Below, piece after piece: positions 18,090 through 28,020 of a DNA stretch of 61,291 nucleotides. Location: positions 1 through 61,291 of the forward strand of contig JBDQPD010000005.1 in the NCBI GenBank assembly GCA_040260805.1. Reading direction: 5' to 3'. The position numbers were made by a program, and so were the translations under genes. Below the pieces are notes generated by a model. That model saw nothing but the letters and a program-made list of their open reading frames with translations, did not search any database and was not told where the DNA came from. Source of the DNA: Myxococcota bacterium. Lineage in GTDB: Bacteria; Myxococcota; UBA4151. How positions within the stretch are numbered: the stretch's first letter is position 1; each line of letters starts with the position of its first letter.

Positions 18090-21000
18090 ATGCGACGACT
18101 CGCCCGTGGATTCGCCATTGCTCTGTGTTTTGCCGCTCTTGGCTGCGCTCAGACGATTACCGACGTTGATCGGACCCGTGACAATAAGACGGCTAAAAGC
18201 CTCTTCGAAGGCCAGTGGTTCATGCTGAGTACGGTGGTCGATACGCCCGCTCAGACGAGTCATACCTTCATCGGCCTTCAGGGCTCGCATGAGATGATTG
18301 AGTGGGACATCCAAGAGTCCTGGTTGATTGCCTACCGAGTTCACGAGCATGTGGAAGGCTCGGAAGCTTACGGGCAGCGCGAAGGAACGACCTATCGCGG
18401 TGCGGCAGTAGCGGCTTATCCGATTGAGCGGCATTTCGACATCAAGCGCAGCTACAGCGGCGCGACGGGTGAGCAGAGTAATGTGCTCTCCGAGAACGGT
18501 TCGGACCGTCCATGGTTCCAGCGCGATTACATCCGCGTCGCCTGGGGCAGCAACCGAATCGCCGACATGACCTTTAGCCCGGACAACTTCCGCGTGACCT
18601 CGGGCGGCGATATCCTCCATGAGCGCCAAGGGTGCGAAGAGCCTGGAAGCACGGACTGTGAGCCTGGCGCTTTGGACGTCGCAGAGGATCACATCAACAT
18701 CACCACCCGAATGATCGTTGCGCCGATCAACAGCTCCGCCTGCTTCATGGCTTGGGGTATCGCTTGGGAAGCTGATGATTCGACACTCGACTGCGAAGCA
18801 GCCGAGGTTAAGGTTCGCACCAGCTTCCTGAAGGTCGACGCTGACCGCGAGAGCACCTACACCCCGCTCTACCACAACGATCAGCAGTACGATAAGTTCG
18901 GTATCTTCCGGACCGATCGCTTCGCCTACAACCGCGATTATGGTGTGCGTGAGACCAGCCGCAAGGACATGGCTCAGCGCTGGCAGATCTGGCAAAACGC
19001 GTCGGACGAACGAGGCAACATCCCTTACGCAGACCGTGAGACCCGTCCGATCGTGTTCTACGTGAACGCCGAGTTCCCTAACGATACGACCTTGCTGGAT
19101 GGCAACGATCGGGTCGAAGCAGAATGGGACCGAGTGTTCCGTGAGGCGGTTGCGGCAGCCCGTAACGATGGCTCGACGGCAGATGACGTCGAGCAAATGT
19201 TCTACATCTGCGACAACCCCGTACCCGAGGGTGCGCCGGCTGCTTGCGGCGCTCCTGGCACCTCGCCCCTGCTCGGTGACATCCGCTTCCCCATGATCCA
19301 TTACACCAACCAGCCGCACCTCTCGTCGCCGCTGGGCTATGGTCCGTCGTCGGCGAACCCGTTGACCGGTCGTATCTATCACGCCACGGCAAACATCTAC
19401 GGTGCGTCGCTGTCGACCTACGCTCAGTACGCCACCGACATGGTCAAGCTGCTCAACGGTGACTTGAGCATGGAAGACTACCTCGGAGATTACTTTGCGG
19501 ACCAGCTCAACAACGACACGCAGCGCCTGACGATGCACGCCGCCATGGATTCTTCCGTGCTCAAAAATCTGGCGATGGATTCCAAGCTCGATCGCACCCG
19601 TGAGAGTCTCGTTCGCGCCATCAACAGTGGCGATTTAGAGTCGGACTGGAGCGAGCCGATCCGCGAGCGTCTTCGCGGCACGACGCTTGAGACGGCAGGC
19701 ATGACGCCTGAGATGGTCCACGGCTTGACCGGCGGTAAACTCGCCCACACCGACGAGCGCGCTCCTCAGGTCAGCCCGGTCAATATGCTCGGCACGGATT
19801 GGCGTAAGCAGCAAAAGGCTCGTGATCGCTTCCGTGAGCGCAATGGCTGCATCTTAGCGCCAGAATTCGACGACGCTGCGGTGTTGTTGGTGGCTCAGCG
19901 TTTGGCTCGTGACCCGGCTCTGAAGAACCCCGATGGTTCGATGAACTATGATCTGGTTCGGAACAAAGTCATGCAAGACATCTACGTGGGTGTGCTGTTG
20001 CACGAGCTTGGTCACACCGTCGGCATGGCGCACAACTTTGCGTCATCGAACGATTCGATCAACTTCCACGACGAGTACTGGGAGATCCGCGCTCAGCAGA
20101 ACGATGTACAGCCCTTCTTCTCGATGTCCCCAGAGGCACGAGCGACGGCGATGTCGGCGACCAACATCGAGGGTAAAGGGCTCAAAGAATACCAGTACTC
20201 CTCGATCATGGAATACGGTCGCCGCTGGATGAGTGATATCGCTTTGCTCGGCAAGTACGACCAAGCGTTTGTGAAGTACTCTTACGGACGTACGGTTGAG
20301 GTTTGGGATCACCAAGGAGTCCAGGCGACTCGTTACGACGGCCTCAAAGAAAAACTGAAGCCTCACAACTACCACTACAGTATGTATCCCAAGATCTTCG
20401 CCTTTGGCAGCAACATGGGTGACCGTGATGCGACCCTTCGCTTTGCGCAGCGTAAAAACGTGCCTATTAGCGAGGTTGGCGAGGGTGAAGGCTTTACCTA
20501 CAGCCCCGACCAAGAGGTGTTTTACCGCTTCTGCGACAACACGCACGATGGCCGCTTTGGCTGGTGTCGTCCCTTTGATGAGGGCGCCGACCAGTGGGAG
20601 CAAGTCGCTGCCGTCGTTGACGATTATGAAGGGTACTATCCTTTCTATAACTTCCGCCGTGACCGTCTAGGCTTTGGTAACAACATCAATTCGTACCTCA
20701 ATCGCATTATGGGTCGCTATGACGACATCTCCGCTCAGTATAAGCACTTCGTGAACGAGCAAATGTTCCTGCGCGGCGACCAAGATTGCATCCATCCTGT
20801 GACCGGTCAGCCGGTCCAAGAAGACGGACGCAATCTCAAGCCATGGGAGAGCACGATTTGTGGTGGTGATGGCCATGCAGCCAGTCGTCTAGGTTTCGAC
20901 CTGTTCGCTCGCGTCATGCAGCAACCCGACGTCGGCACCTACATTTGGAACACTGAACTCAATGTGTACCAAGGCTTTGATCGGCGCATCAACGAGCGCA

Positions 21001-22058
21001 CCGCGCTGCCGTCGCAGCAACTTCCTGATCTATCCGAAGATCCGCAGTATGACTTGGATCGTCGCTTCGAGCTTAACAGTGCGCCGGCTCGAGATCATGA
21101 AACCCGTTTCGACCGTGATCGCTATGGCTACGGTTTCTACTACAAGCCACTCTCGATCGGTGTGTGGTGGGACAAGTACATGGCGCTCAATGCTATGATC
21201 GCTCCTGGTGAGAACTTTGCCTACACCGACACCCGTCCTGAGCTGCTTCGCTACAACATCAACTGGTCGTTACTGTTTCCGGGCGAAATGTTGAACATCG
21301 CCGGGGCAGCCGCTTCGCAGGCGTACAACGCCTATGCGCCGCTTTATGATGGTGAAAAGGTGGTTTGGCGTCGTTTCGCAACAGCGACTCAGGCTGAGAA
21401 GAACACTTACGCCGGCATGGAAGTCGTTTCGCCTGGCGACAGCTTCAGCGTGCGCTTCTTGTCGGTGTTGATGGGGACGGCTTGGATGCCGCAAGTGACC
21501 ATGGACAAAACCTTCAACCAGGCTTTCAAAATCGGTGTGGTAGGTGCCCAAGATCAGTTTGATGTCTCCGACGAGGTCAAGGCAGATCCTAACCTTTACG
21601 TTGAACTCAAGGATCCGATCACTCATCGGGTCTACTACGCAGTGAACACCGGACGAATCGCTGATTCGGTCGGTGATTATGGCGGCGCTGCCGCTATCTC
21701 TCCTGGGTATGAGCTGTTGAAACGTACTCGTGATCTGTACTTGGACGACCAGGGCGAGTTGCGTGCCGACAAAGTCGCGCTCGAGGTCGCTCAACGCGTG
21801 GATGATGAGATCGAAGATCGTACCGACGAGTTGATCGATGCAGCCAATGCATCGGACGTGTGCATTAACGCCGCGGATTCAGCCGAAAACCGACGTGCGT
21901 GCAACCGAGCTCGTGCGGACGCCGTCCGAAACGGTCAAACCGAAGGGCGCGCTTTAGCTGAAGCTTCTGCACGTCACCTGTTACGTGCTCAACTGCACAA
22001 TGCCTTCTACTTCCCTGATCTCATACGTGGATACGTCTACGCCTATGAGAACTGGTAA
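18090..22058 (+). CDS. Large zinc-dependent metalloprotease lipoprotein (metzincin), paralog A
   Basis: Lipobox ALGC; HELGHTVGMAHNF zinc motif; YSSIMEY Met-turn; start moved to ATG 18090. Confidence 0.9.
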   Translation: MRRLARGFAIALCFAALGCAQTITDVDRTRDNKTAKSLFEGQWFMLSTVVDTPAQTSHTFIGLQGSHEMIEWDIQESWLIAYRVHEHVEGSEAYGQREGTTYRGAAVAAYPIERHFDIKRSYSGATGEQSNVLSENGSDRPWFQRDYIRVAWGSNRIADMTFSPDNFRVTSGGDILHERQGCEEPGSTDCEPGALDVAEDHINITTRMIVAPINSSACFMAWGIAWEADDSTLDCEAAEVKVRTSFLKVDADRESTYTPLYHNDQQYDKFGIFRTDRFAYNRDYGVRETSRKDMAQRWQIWQNASDERGNIPYADRETRPIVFYVNAEFPNDTTLLDGNDRVEAEWDRVFREAVAAARNDGSTADDVEQMFYICDNPVPEGAPAACGAPGTSPLLGDIRFPMIHYTNQPHLSSPLGYGPSSANPLTGRIYHATANIYGASLSTYAQYATDMVKLLNGDLSMEDYLGDYFADQLNNDTQRLTMHAAMDSSVLKNLAMDSKLDRTRESLVRAINSGDLESDWSEPIRERLRGTTLETAGMTPEMVHGLTGGKLAHTDERAPQVSPVNMLGTDWRKQQKARDRFRERNGCILAPEFDDAAVLLVAQRLARDPALKNPDGSMNYDLVRNKVMQDIYVGVLLHELGHTVGMAHNFASSNDSINFHDEYWEIRAQQNDVQPFFSMSPEARATAMSATNIEGKGLKEYQYSSIMEYGRRWMSDIALLGKYDQAFVKYSYGRTVEVWDHQGVQATRYDGLKEKLKPHNYHYSMYPKIFAFGSNMGDRDATLRFAQRKNVPISEVGEGEGFTYSPDQEVFYRFCDNTHDGRFGWCRPFDEGADQWEQVAAVVDDYEGYYPFYNFRRDRLGFGNNINSYLNRIMGRYDDISAQYKHFVNEQMFLRGDQDCIHPVTGQPVQEDGRNLKPWESTICGGDGHAASRLGFDLFARVMQQPDVGTYIWNTELNVYQGFDRRINERTALPSQQLPDLSEDPQYDLDRRFELNSAPARDHETRFDRDRYGYGFYYKPLSIGVWWDKYMALNAMIAPGENFAYTDTRPELLRYNINWSLLFPGEMLNIAGAAASQAYNAYAPLYDGEKVVWRRFATATQAEKNTYAGMEVVSPGDSFSVRFLSVLMGTAWMPQVTMDKTFNQAFKIGVVGAQDQFDVSDEVKADPNLYVELKDPITHRVYYAVNTGRIADSVGDYGGAAAISPGYELLKRTRDLYLDDQGELRADKVALEVAQRVDDEIEDRTDELIDAANASDVCINAADSAENRRACNRARADAVRNGQTEGRALAEASARHLLRAQLHNAFYFPDLIRGYVYAYENW

Positions 22059-22074
22059 CGGGGGAGATAGGAAG

Positions 22075-25000
22075 ATGAAAAACATGAAGAAATTTGCTGT
22101 TATCGCCCTGCTCGCCTCCTGCGCTGGAGGCGTTGAAGACATCGATCGCACGCAGCCGAACATCCTTGAGAAGGATTTCTTTGCGGGCGAATGGTATGCC
22201 AGCTGGACCGCTGTCGATGTGCCTTTCACCACCGGCTTTTCGTTTGTCGGCGCTGGTGAGGGTATCGAGCGAGTCAAATGGGATGTGACCAAGAGCGGCT
22301 TAGTCGCTTATCGTTCCTACGACTTGGTTGAGGGCGTGGACCAAGACAACCCGCGCGAGGGTGCTGATGTGCGTGGTCCGATGATGTACCACTTCCCGAT
22401 TCGTGGGCATTTCGATGTCGAGCGTTCGTACAACCCGGCGACTGGTGAGCAGAGCAATGTGCTGACCGAGAACATGGCTGACTGCGAATGGTACGAATGC
22501 AAGCAGTTCCGCGTGGATTGGAACTCGAACATTCGCTTCCGCGCTGCGAACGGTAGCTACTACATCCAAGAAAGCGATGATGACGACCCTGCCGATGCGA
22601 TTCGTATCGACAAGGAAAATGGTCATCTAGAAGTGACGCTCAAGGCCTATTTTGAGCCCGAGCTCGATCGTGAATTGACTCAGTACTACGGGTTTCCGAT
22701 TCCGAAGTGCTGGCTTTACTCGAATCCGTATTGGGACTGCCGGGGTCAAACACTGCGTATTCGCATGACCTTCAGCCGTATCCCGCACACGGGCGACGAG
22801 CGCGACGAGAACGGGACCCTGGTGAAAGTCGGTGAGCCGATCACCGACGATTACGAGCCGACCCCCTTCAACGATCACCGACTCGAGCGCTTCGGGTTCT
22901 TCCGGACCACTCGCTTTCACCGTGATCATAACTTTGGTGCCCGTGAATCCAATCGCGATCACTACGCTAACCTGCATCCGATCTGGAAGAAGGTTCGCGA
23001 AAATGGTCAGTCGATTCCGGTCGCTGAGCGCGAACCTAAGCCTGTCGTTTACTACCTAAACAAGCAGTTCCCGCGGGCTGACGCTCCGGTCAATCTAGTG
23101 CCTGAAGCTGAAGGTATCGCTTCCGAGTGGAATGAGCTGCTCAAAGAAGCGGTGGCTGCCGCTCAATCCAAATCCATGGATGATGTGCCCGACATGTTTG
23201 TGTTGTGCGTGAACAATCCCGTGCAAGAGGGCGATAACGCCTTGTGTGGACCCGCTGGACTTGAGGTTCGTTTGGGCGATCACCGCTACAACAAGCTGTC
23301 CTGGATCCCCAACCCTGCCTCCGCGGCTCCGGGTGGTTACGGTCCTTCGCATGTCGATCCACTGACCGGTAAAGTGATCTCTGCTGACGCCTATATCTAT
23401 GGCGCTGGTTACGAGCGTGCGGCGGCGGCGATCATCGACTACATCCGCCTGCTCTCAGGTGATGTGGATCAGACCGATTACATCAACGGCTCGGATCTAG
23501 CGATCCAACTGGCAGCCGCAGAAGAGCGCTACAACACGCAGCGTAGTGAGCTGACTCTTGAGCAGGTGACGCGCAGCGTCCGCAAGCTCGAGCGCTCGGG
23601 TATCCCGGAGCGCATCGCTGAGCAGCTGCAGACGGGTGAACTCGAGACCAAGCATTTCGACGATATGGTACGCCCGATGGTCAACGCTGGTTTGCACAAG
23701 CGCTTGAGTACGCCCGAGTTGGTGACCATGGGCGCCGGTGGCTTGATGGATGGCAACGAGTCGCAAGAGGAGTTTGAGCGTTTCAATGCGCTGACCCTGG
23801 CTCGCGACATCCACGAGCGTCATGAGCTCAAGCTCAAGCGTGCAGGGGCTCAGGCGATCGACTTTGCGCTCTTCTCTGACGACGCGATGCTCCAGCTGGC
23901 TCGACGCTTGCGCTCTAAGCCTGAGCTGATGACTGGCGGTGAGCCGGATTACGATAAGATTCGCCCGCTGATCCTTAAGATGATGTTCCGGGCGACCGCA
24001 TTGCATGAAATCGGTCACAACATGGGCCTCCGCCATAACTTTGCGGGCAGCGCAGATGCGCTGAACTTCCATGATGGTTACTGGTCGGAGAAAGCGCGTC
24101 TGGGCATTCTCGATCCTGAGTTCCGTCTGGCAGAGAGCTCGCTCTCGGCGCTCGCTGAGCAGACCGACGAGAATGGCGTGTCATTGCGTGAGTATCAGTA
24201 CTCCTCGATCATGGATTACGGTGGTCGTTGGTACTCTGACCTGCAGGGTCTAGGTAAGTACGATCGCGCCGCCATGCTGTATGGTTATGCCAACAAGGTT
24301 GAGGTGTGGAACTTTGAAGGGCGCGAGCGCCTTGCCAACGTCAACACGCGCTCGCTTTGGTCGCCGAACAACTACCACTACACGGCGTACCCTCGCATCC
24401 TTGCGGGATTGCCGCTCGATGCTCTGACCCGCCAAAGCGCCAACCCCACGGTCGGTGGTCAGCCGGTCTCAGAGGTGATTGGTCTGATCAAGCAACGTAC
24501 GCTCGCCGATGTCGACGTGAACGATGACTTGGTGGATCCTGCGCTTGAGAACCTTCGTGTTCCTTATCGCTTCTGCTCGGATGAGTACGCTGGTGGCTCG
24601 AGCTACTGCCATCGCTTCGATGAGGGCGCCGATGTCTACGAGACGGTGCGCAACAAGATCAACAAAGCTGAAGGTTATCGTCCCATCGCTGCGGCACGCC
24701 GCGACCGCGCCGGCTGGCACACGTCGTGGAGCTACATGGATTGGTCGGTCAGCACCTTTAACTTCCTGAGTGCGCAGTACAAACACTTCGTCAACGAAGA
24801 GTTCATTGTGCGTCGTAACTGGGATTGTGTGGACCCGAGCAACGGTCAGCCGCTGATGCGTAAAGACGAAGACGGTAACCCGATCGAAGATGGCGAGATC
24901 GCTCACTACATTGCGGAGCAATGCGGCCTTGAGCAGTTCGCTGCGGGCGCGCTCGCAGCGCAGCACTTTGTCAAAGTGTTGCAACAGCCTGATGTGGGTA

Positions 25001-25962
25001 CCTACTGCTTCAACCCGGTCAGCCAGGCTTACGAGATGTCGTCAGATCCTGACTGCGCAGACTCGATCGAGCTTGATGGTATCGGTGATGATGCGGTGGG
25101 TCATTTGTCCCGCTGGGATCCTGAGTCTACCGGTTATTACTCCTTCATCAAGCCTGTCTATGCAGGTCACTGGATGGATAAATGGTCGGCGCTCACCTAC
25201 CTGACGGAAACCACGACGAACTTTGTCGGTGTGGACTCCTCGTCGGACACCCGATCGTTCTCGATCAACTTCCTCGGTATCTTCGGCGACAACTTGCACA
25301 ACATCATCGCTGGTTTGGTGATGGGCGATCCGATGCTTTACGGCCCGGCTTGGCGCATCCCTGATCCCGATGATGAGACCGATATCGGTGAGTACGAACG
25401 CCGTGAAGCGGTGTCGTTGTTCCTGACGCAGCCCTTCGACTTAACCCAGTACAAGATGATCAACCCCAACGATCGCTTCTTTGTGCGTTATGTCTCGTTG
25501 ATTATGGCGGCCGCTTGGGCGGTTCAAGAAACCAACAATCGTGATCTCAACGCCAACTTCAAAATTGGTATAACCGGATCGATCGATGACATGGAAGTAC
25601 CGAGCGAAGTTCGGAACGACCCTGATCGTTACATTGAGTTCACCAACCCGGTGACCCATCGTACCTACTTTGCGGTCAAGACCGAGACCTACGCCTACAA
25701 CATGCCGCGTGATGACGCTGAGCCGTTCATTAGCTTGGGTTATGACATGCTGAAGACCATCCGTGATCGTTATTACGACAACGGAAACTTCAAGCAGGCG
25801 CTCTTGGATCAAGTGACCGCTGAGGCGACAGCTGAGGATCCAACCCTCGCAGGTGCAGAGCTTGACGCTGCGGTCCTATCGCTGGCTAACAGCAAAGTTC
25901 ACCAAGAGTTCCTCTGGGTGGATTTGATCCGTTCGATCGTCGATACGTACGAAATGCGCTGA
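22075..25962 (+). CDS. Large zinc-dependent metalloprotease lipoprotein (metzincin), paralog B
   Basis: Lipobox LASC; HEIGHNMGLRHNF; YSSIMDY; collinear motifs shared with paralog A; GGGAG RBS. Confidence 0.9.
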   Translation: MKNMKKFAVIALLASCAGGVEDIDRTQPNILEKDFFAGEWYASWTAVDVPFTTGFSFVGAGEGIERVKWDVTKSGLVAYRSYDLVEGVDQDNPREGADVRGPMMYHFPIRGHFDVERSYNPATGEQSNVLTENMADCEWYECKQFRVDWNSNIRFRAANGSYYIQESDDDDPADAIRIDKENGHLEVTLKAYFEPELDRELTQYYGFPIPKCWLYSNPYWDCRGQTLRIRMTFSRIPHTGDERDENGTLVKVGEPITDDYEPTPFNDHRLERFGFFRTTRFHRDHNFGARESNRDHYANLHPIWKKVRENGQSIPVAEREPKPVVYYLNKQFPRADAPVNLVPEAEGIASEWNELLKEAVAAAQSKSMDDVPDMFVLCVNNPVQEGDNALCGPAGLEVRLGDHRYNKLSWIPNPASAAPGGYGPSHVDPLTGKVISADAYIYGAGYERAAAAIIDYIRLLSGDVDQTDYINGSDLAIQLAAAEERYNTQRSELTLEQVTRSVRKLERSGIPERIAEQLQTGELETKHFDDMVRPMVNAGLHKRLSTPELVTMGAGGLMDGNESQEEFERFNALTLARDIHERHELKLKRAGAQAIDFALFSDDAMLQLARRLRSKPELMTGGEPDYDKIRPLILKMMFRATALHEIGHNMGLRHNFAGSADALNFHDGYWSEKARLGILDPEFRLAESSLSALAEQTDENGVSLREYQYSSIMDYGGRWYSDLQGLGKYDRAAMLYGYANKVEVWNFEGRERLANVNTRSLWSPNNYHYTAYPRILAGLPLDALTRQSANPTVGGQPVSEVIGLIKQRTLADVDVNDDLVDPALENLRVPYRFCSDEYAGGSSYCHRFDEGADVYETVRNKINKAEGYRPIAAARRDRAGWHTSWSYMDWSVSTFNFLSAQYKHFVNEEFIVRRNWDCVDPSNGQPLMRKDEDGNPIEDGEIAHYIAEQCGLEQFAAGALAAQHFVKVLQQPDVGTYCFNPVSQAYEMSSDPDCADSIELDGIGDDAVGHLSRWDPESTGYYSFIKPVYAGHWMDKWSALTYLTETTTNFVGVDSSSDTRSFSINFLGIFGDNLHNIIAGLVMGDPMLYGPAWRIPDPDDETDIGEYERREAVSLFLTQPFDLTQYKMINPNDRFFVRYVSLIMAAAWAVQETNNRDLNANFKIGITGSIDDMEVPSEVRNDPDRYIEFTNPVTHRTYFAVKTETYAYNMPRDDAEPFISLGYDMLKTIRDRYYDNGNFKQALLDQVTAEATAEDPTLAGAELDAAVLSLANSKVHQEFLWVDLIRSIVDTYEMR

Positions 25963-25970
25963 GGTCAGCG

Positions 25971-27275
25971 ATGCGTTTTATGACGACAAAAGGGCCGGTC
26001 GCGTGTGCGATCGGCCTTCTTGTTTTTGGCGGTTGTCCTGCCGAAGAAGCGGCGCCTGATGCGGGCCCGGTAAGCAGCGAATATCCGGTTCATGGTCGAC
26101 CGGGTGAGCTTCCTTTAGCGGTTCCAGATTCGATCCCAGTCGATCAGTTCTGTGCCTACATGGAAGAGAGCATTTGCGACTATCAGATCCGCTGTGACCC
26201 GACGGCGAATTATCAGCGTATTGAGCCGTGTAAGCTCGATGAGCGCTTGCCCATCTTCAACTGCCTAACACGCTGGCAATATCCTTTCATGGAGCGCCAA
26301 GAGATGGGCACTTTGCGCTACGATGGTGCCGCCGTGACAGCCTGTTTGCGCGCACTCAACGTGTCGCAATGCATCCCTTGGGATCAAGTTGAAGAGTGCT
26401 CCTTTGCGAAGTTCAGCGAAGGCCAAGGCATTCTCGGCGCGTGCTGTTACGACTCGAGCGAGTGCGCGAGCGGGTTTTGCGGTGACCGGGGTCCCAACCC
26501 AGAGCCTTCGACTCGCGGTCGCTGTCGATCGAAGCTGGGTGAGGGCAGCGGGCGGTGTTTTTACGACTCTGAATGTGAACCCGGATTACGATGCAGCGGC
26601 GGCATCTGTGCGCTGCCGCTCGATCCAGGGGAAATCTGCCGGGGCTCGGGTACGCCTTGCGTCGACGGTGCGTTTTGCGTCGGTGAACAAGGCGATACTC
26701 GCTGCGAGCTCGCCGCGCCACGCGGTATGCGCTGTGATATCTTCAATGGTCGGTTTCCGCCCTGCGCTCGAGGTCTAGGCTGCGAGCAAAAGCAAAGCGA
26801 CCGCTACGGGATTTGTGTGCCGATGCTTCAAGAGGACGAGCCTTGCGGTGAAGAGGTCGCATGCTCACCGGGCCTGCGCTGCAGTGTTCCGGATCCTACC
26901 GCTGGTTCAGTGTGTACCAGCCTGAATTATGGAGCCGAAGGCGAATTCTGCGAGGTCGGCTCGGGAACTACACGCTGCAACACACGCACGACTTGCCGTG
27001 TCGAAGCGGGCACGCGGTCGGGTGAATGCTCGGGCTATGCCGATTTAGGTGAGGTCTGTGATGGACGACTTCCGTGTCGTCGTGGCTGGTGTCGACCGCT
27101 CGATTGCCAAGATCTGAGCGAGCGTTGTGTGTTAGGCCGCGAGGGGACCTGCGCAATGTATCAAGACTTAGGTGAGCCCTGCACGAACGAGATCCAATGT
27201 GGTCCTGAAGATGCCGGTAGATTCTGTAGCTCTGAAAGTCTGTGCTCGGGTCGCTCGGTCAACAGTTGCCAGTAA
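25971..27275 (+). CDS. Highly Cys-rich lipoprotein (Dickkopf/EB-like C-x-C-xxGLxC modules)
   Basis: Lipobox FGGC; repeated G.xC...C.xGLxC...C modules; 8 nt after paralog B. Confidence 0.8.
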   Translation: MRFMTTKGPVACAIGLLVFGGCPAEEAAPDAGPVSSEYPVHGRPGELPLAVPDSIPVDQFCAYMEESICDYQIRCDPTANYQRIEPCKLDERLPIFNCLTRWQYPFMERQEMGTLRYDGAAVTACLRALNVSQCIPWDQVEECSFAKFSEGQGILGACCYDSSECASGFCGDRGPNPEPSTRGRCRSKLGEGSGRCFYDSECEPGLRCSGGICALPLDPGEICRGSGTPCVDGAFCVGEQGDTRCELAAPRGMRCDIFNGRFPPCARGLGCEQKQSDRYGICVPMLQEDEPCGEEVACSPGLRCSVPDPTAGSVCTSLNYGAEGEFCEVGSGTTRCNTRTTCRVEAGTRSGECSGYADLGEVCDGRLPCRRGWCRPLDCQDLSERCVLGREGTCAMYQDLGEPCTNEIQCGPEDAGRFCSSESLCSGRSVNSCQ

Positions 27276-27279
27276 GTCT

Positions 27280-28020
27280 ATGATCGATCTGCATACCCAT
27301 ATTCTTCCTGGTATTGATGATGGACCGGCGGATTGGGAGCAAAGCTTAAGTCTGGCCCAAGCGCTAGCCGATGCGGGCGTGACAGAGGTCGCGGCGACCA
27401 GTCATATCAAGCCTCCGATCTGGCCCAACACCCATGAGCGGCTTGCAGAGCTTCGGATGGAGCTGTCTGATAAACTCACAGAACTCGAGATCGATCTCAA
27501 GATTCATCCGGGTGCAGAACATTGGTGGTGCGGCGCTGTGCTTGATGATCTAGCCGAAGGCTTGGGTCAGCCTTACGGTGAGGGACGAGCCTTTTTAGTT
27601 GAGATCCAGCCTAATGACGACCCGCCCTTGTTTGAGGAGCGTTTGTATTCGCTTCAGCGAAAGGGGCTCAAGCCCGTGCTCGCACATGTCGAGCGGTATC
27701 GTATTTTCGATGGACGAAAAGGGCGCGCTCGCTTGAGCAACCTAGTCGACCGCGGGATCGCAGCGCAGATCAATCTGGGCACCCTGGGTCGCGGTCTGGG
27801 CTGGGCGCGAGGCGGAAACGCCAAGAGGTTCTTGCTCGATGGTTTGGTGGGCTTGGTGTGCGGAGACTGTCACCGCGCGCAGGATGTCCCTGCAGCCTAT
27901 GACGTCGGGCTCAAGCAGTTGCGAAAGCTTGGCGGCGATTCAGCCGTCGAGCGGCTCCTCAATCGCAACCCGAAGTCCTTATTAGCTGGCAAAGAAGTGG
28001 ACCCATGGGTTCCCGCCTAG
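27280..28020 (+). CDS. PHP-family tyrosine phosphatase (CpsB/CapC/YwqE type)
   Basis: MIDLHTHILPGIDDG, ATSH, LAHVERY, GDCH. Confidence 0.92.
   Translation: MIDLHTHILPGIDDGPADWEQSLSLAQALADAGVTEVAATSHIKPPIWPNTHERLAELRMELSDKLTELEIDLKIHPGAEHWWCGAVLDDLAEGLGQPYGEGRAFLVEIQPNDDPPLFEERLYSLQRKGLKPVLAHVERYRIFDGRKGRARLSNLVDRGIAAQINLGTLGRGLGWARGGNAKRFLLDGLVGLVCGDCHRAQDVPAAYDVGLKQLRKLGGDSAVERLLNRNPKSLLAGKEVDPWVPA

Noticed and set aside
18030-19538. 502-aa antisense ORF over metzincin A, and similar ones over secY (1167-2492), rpoA (4603-5568) and the RCC1 gene (57819-58877)
   Set aside because: Shadow ORFs produced by codon bias of the real sense-strand genes; no motifs or RBS
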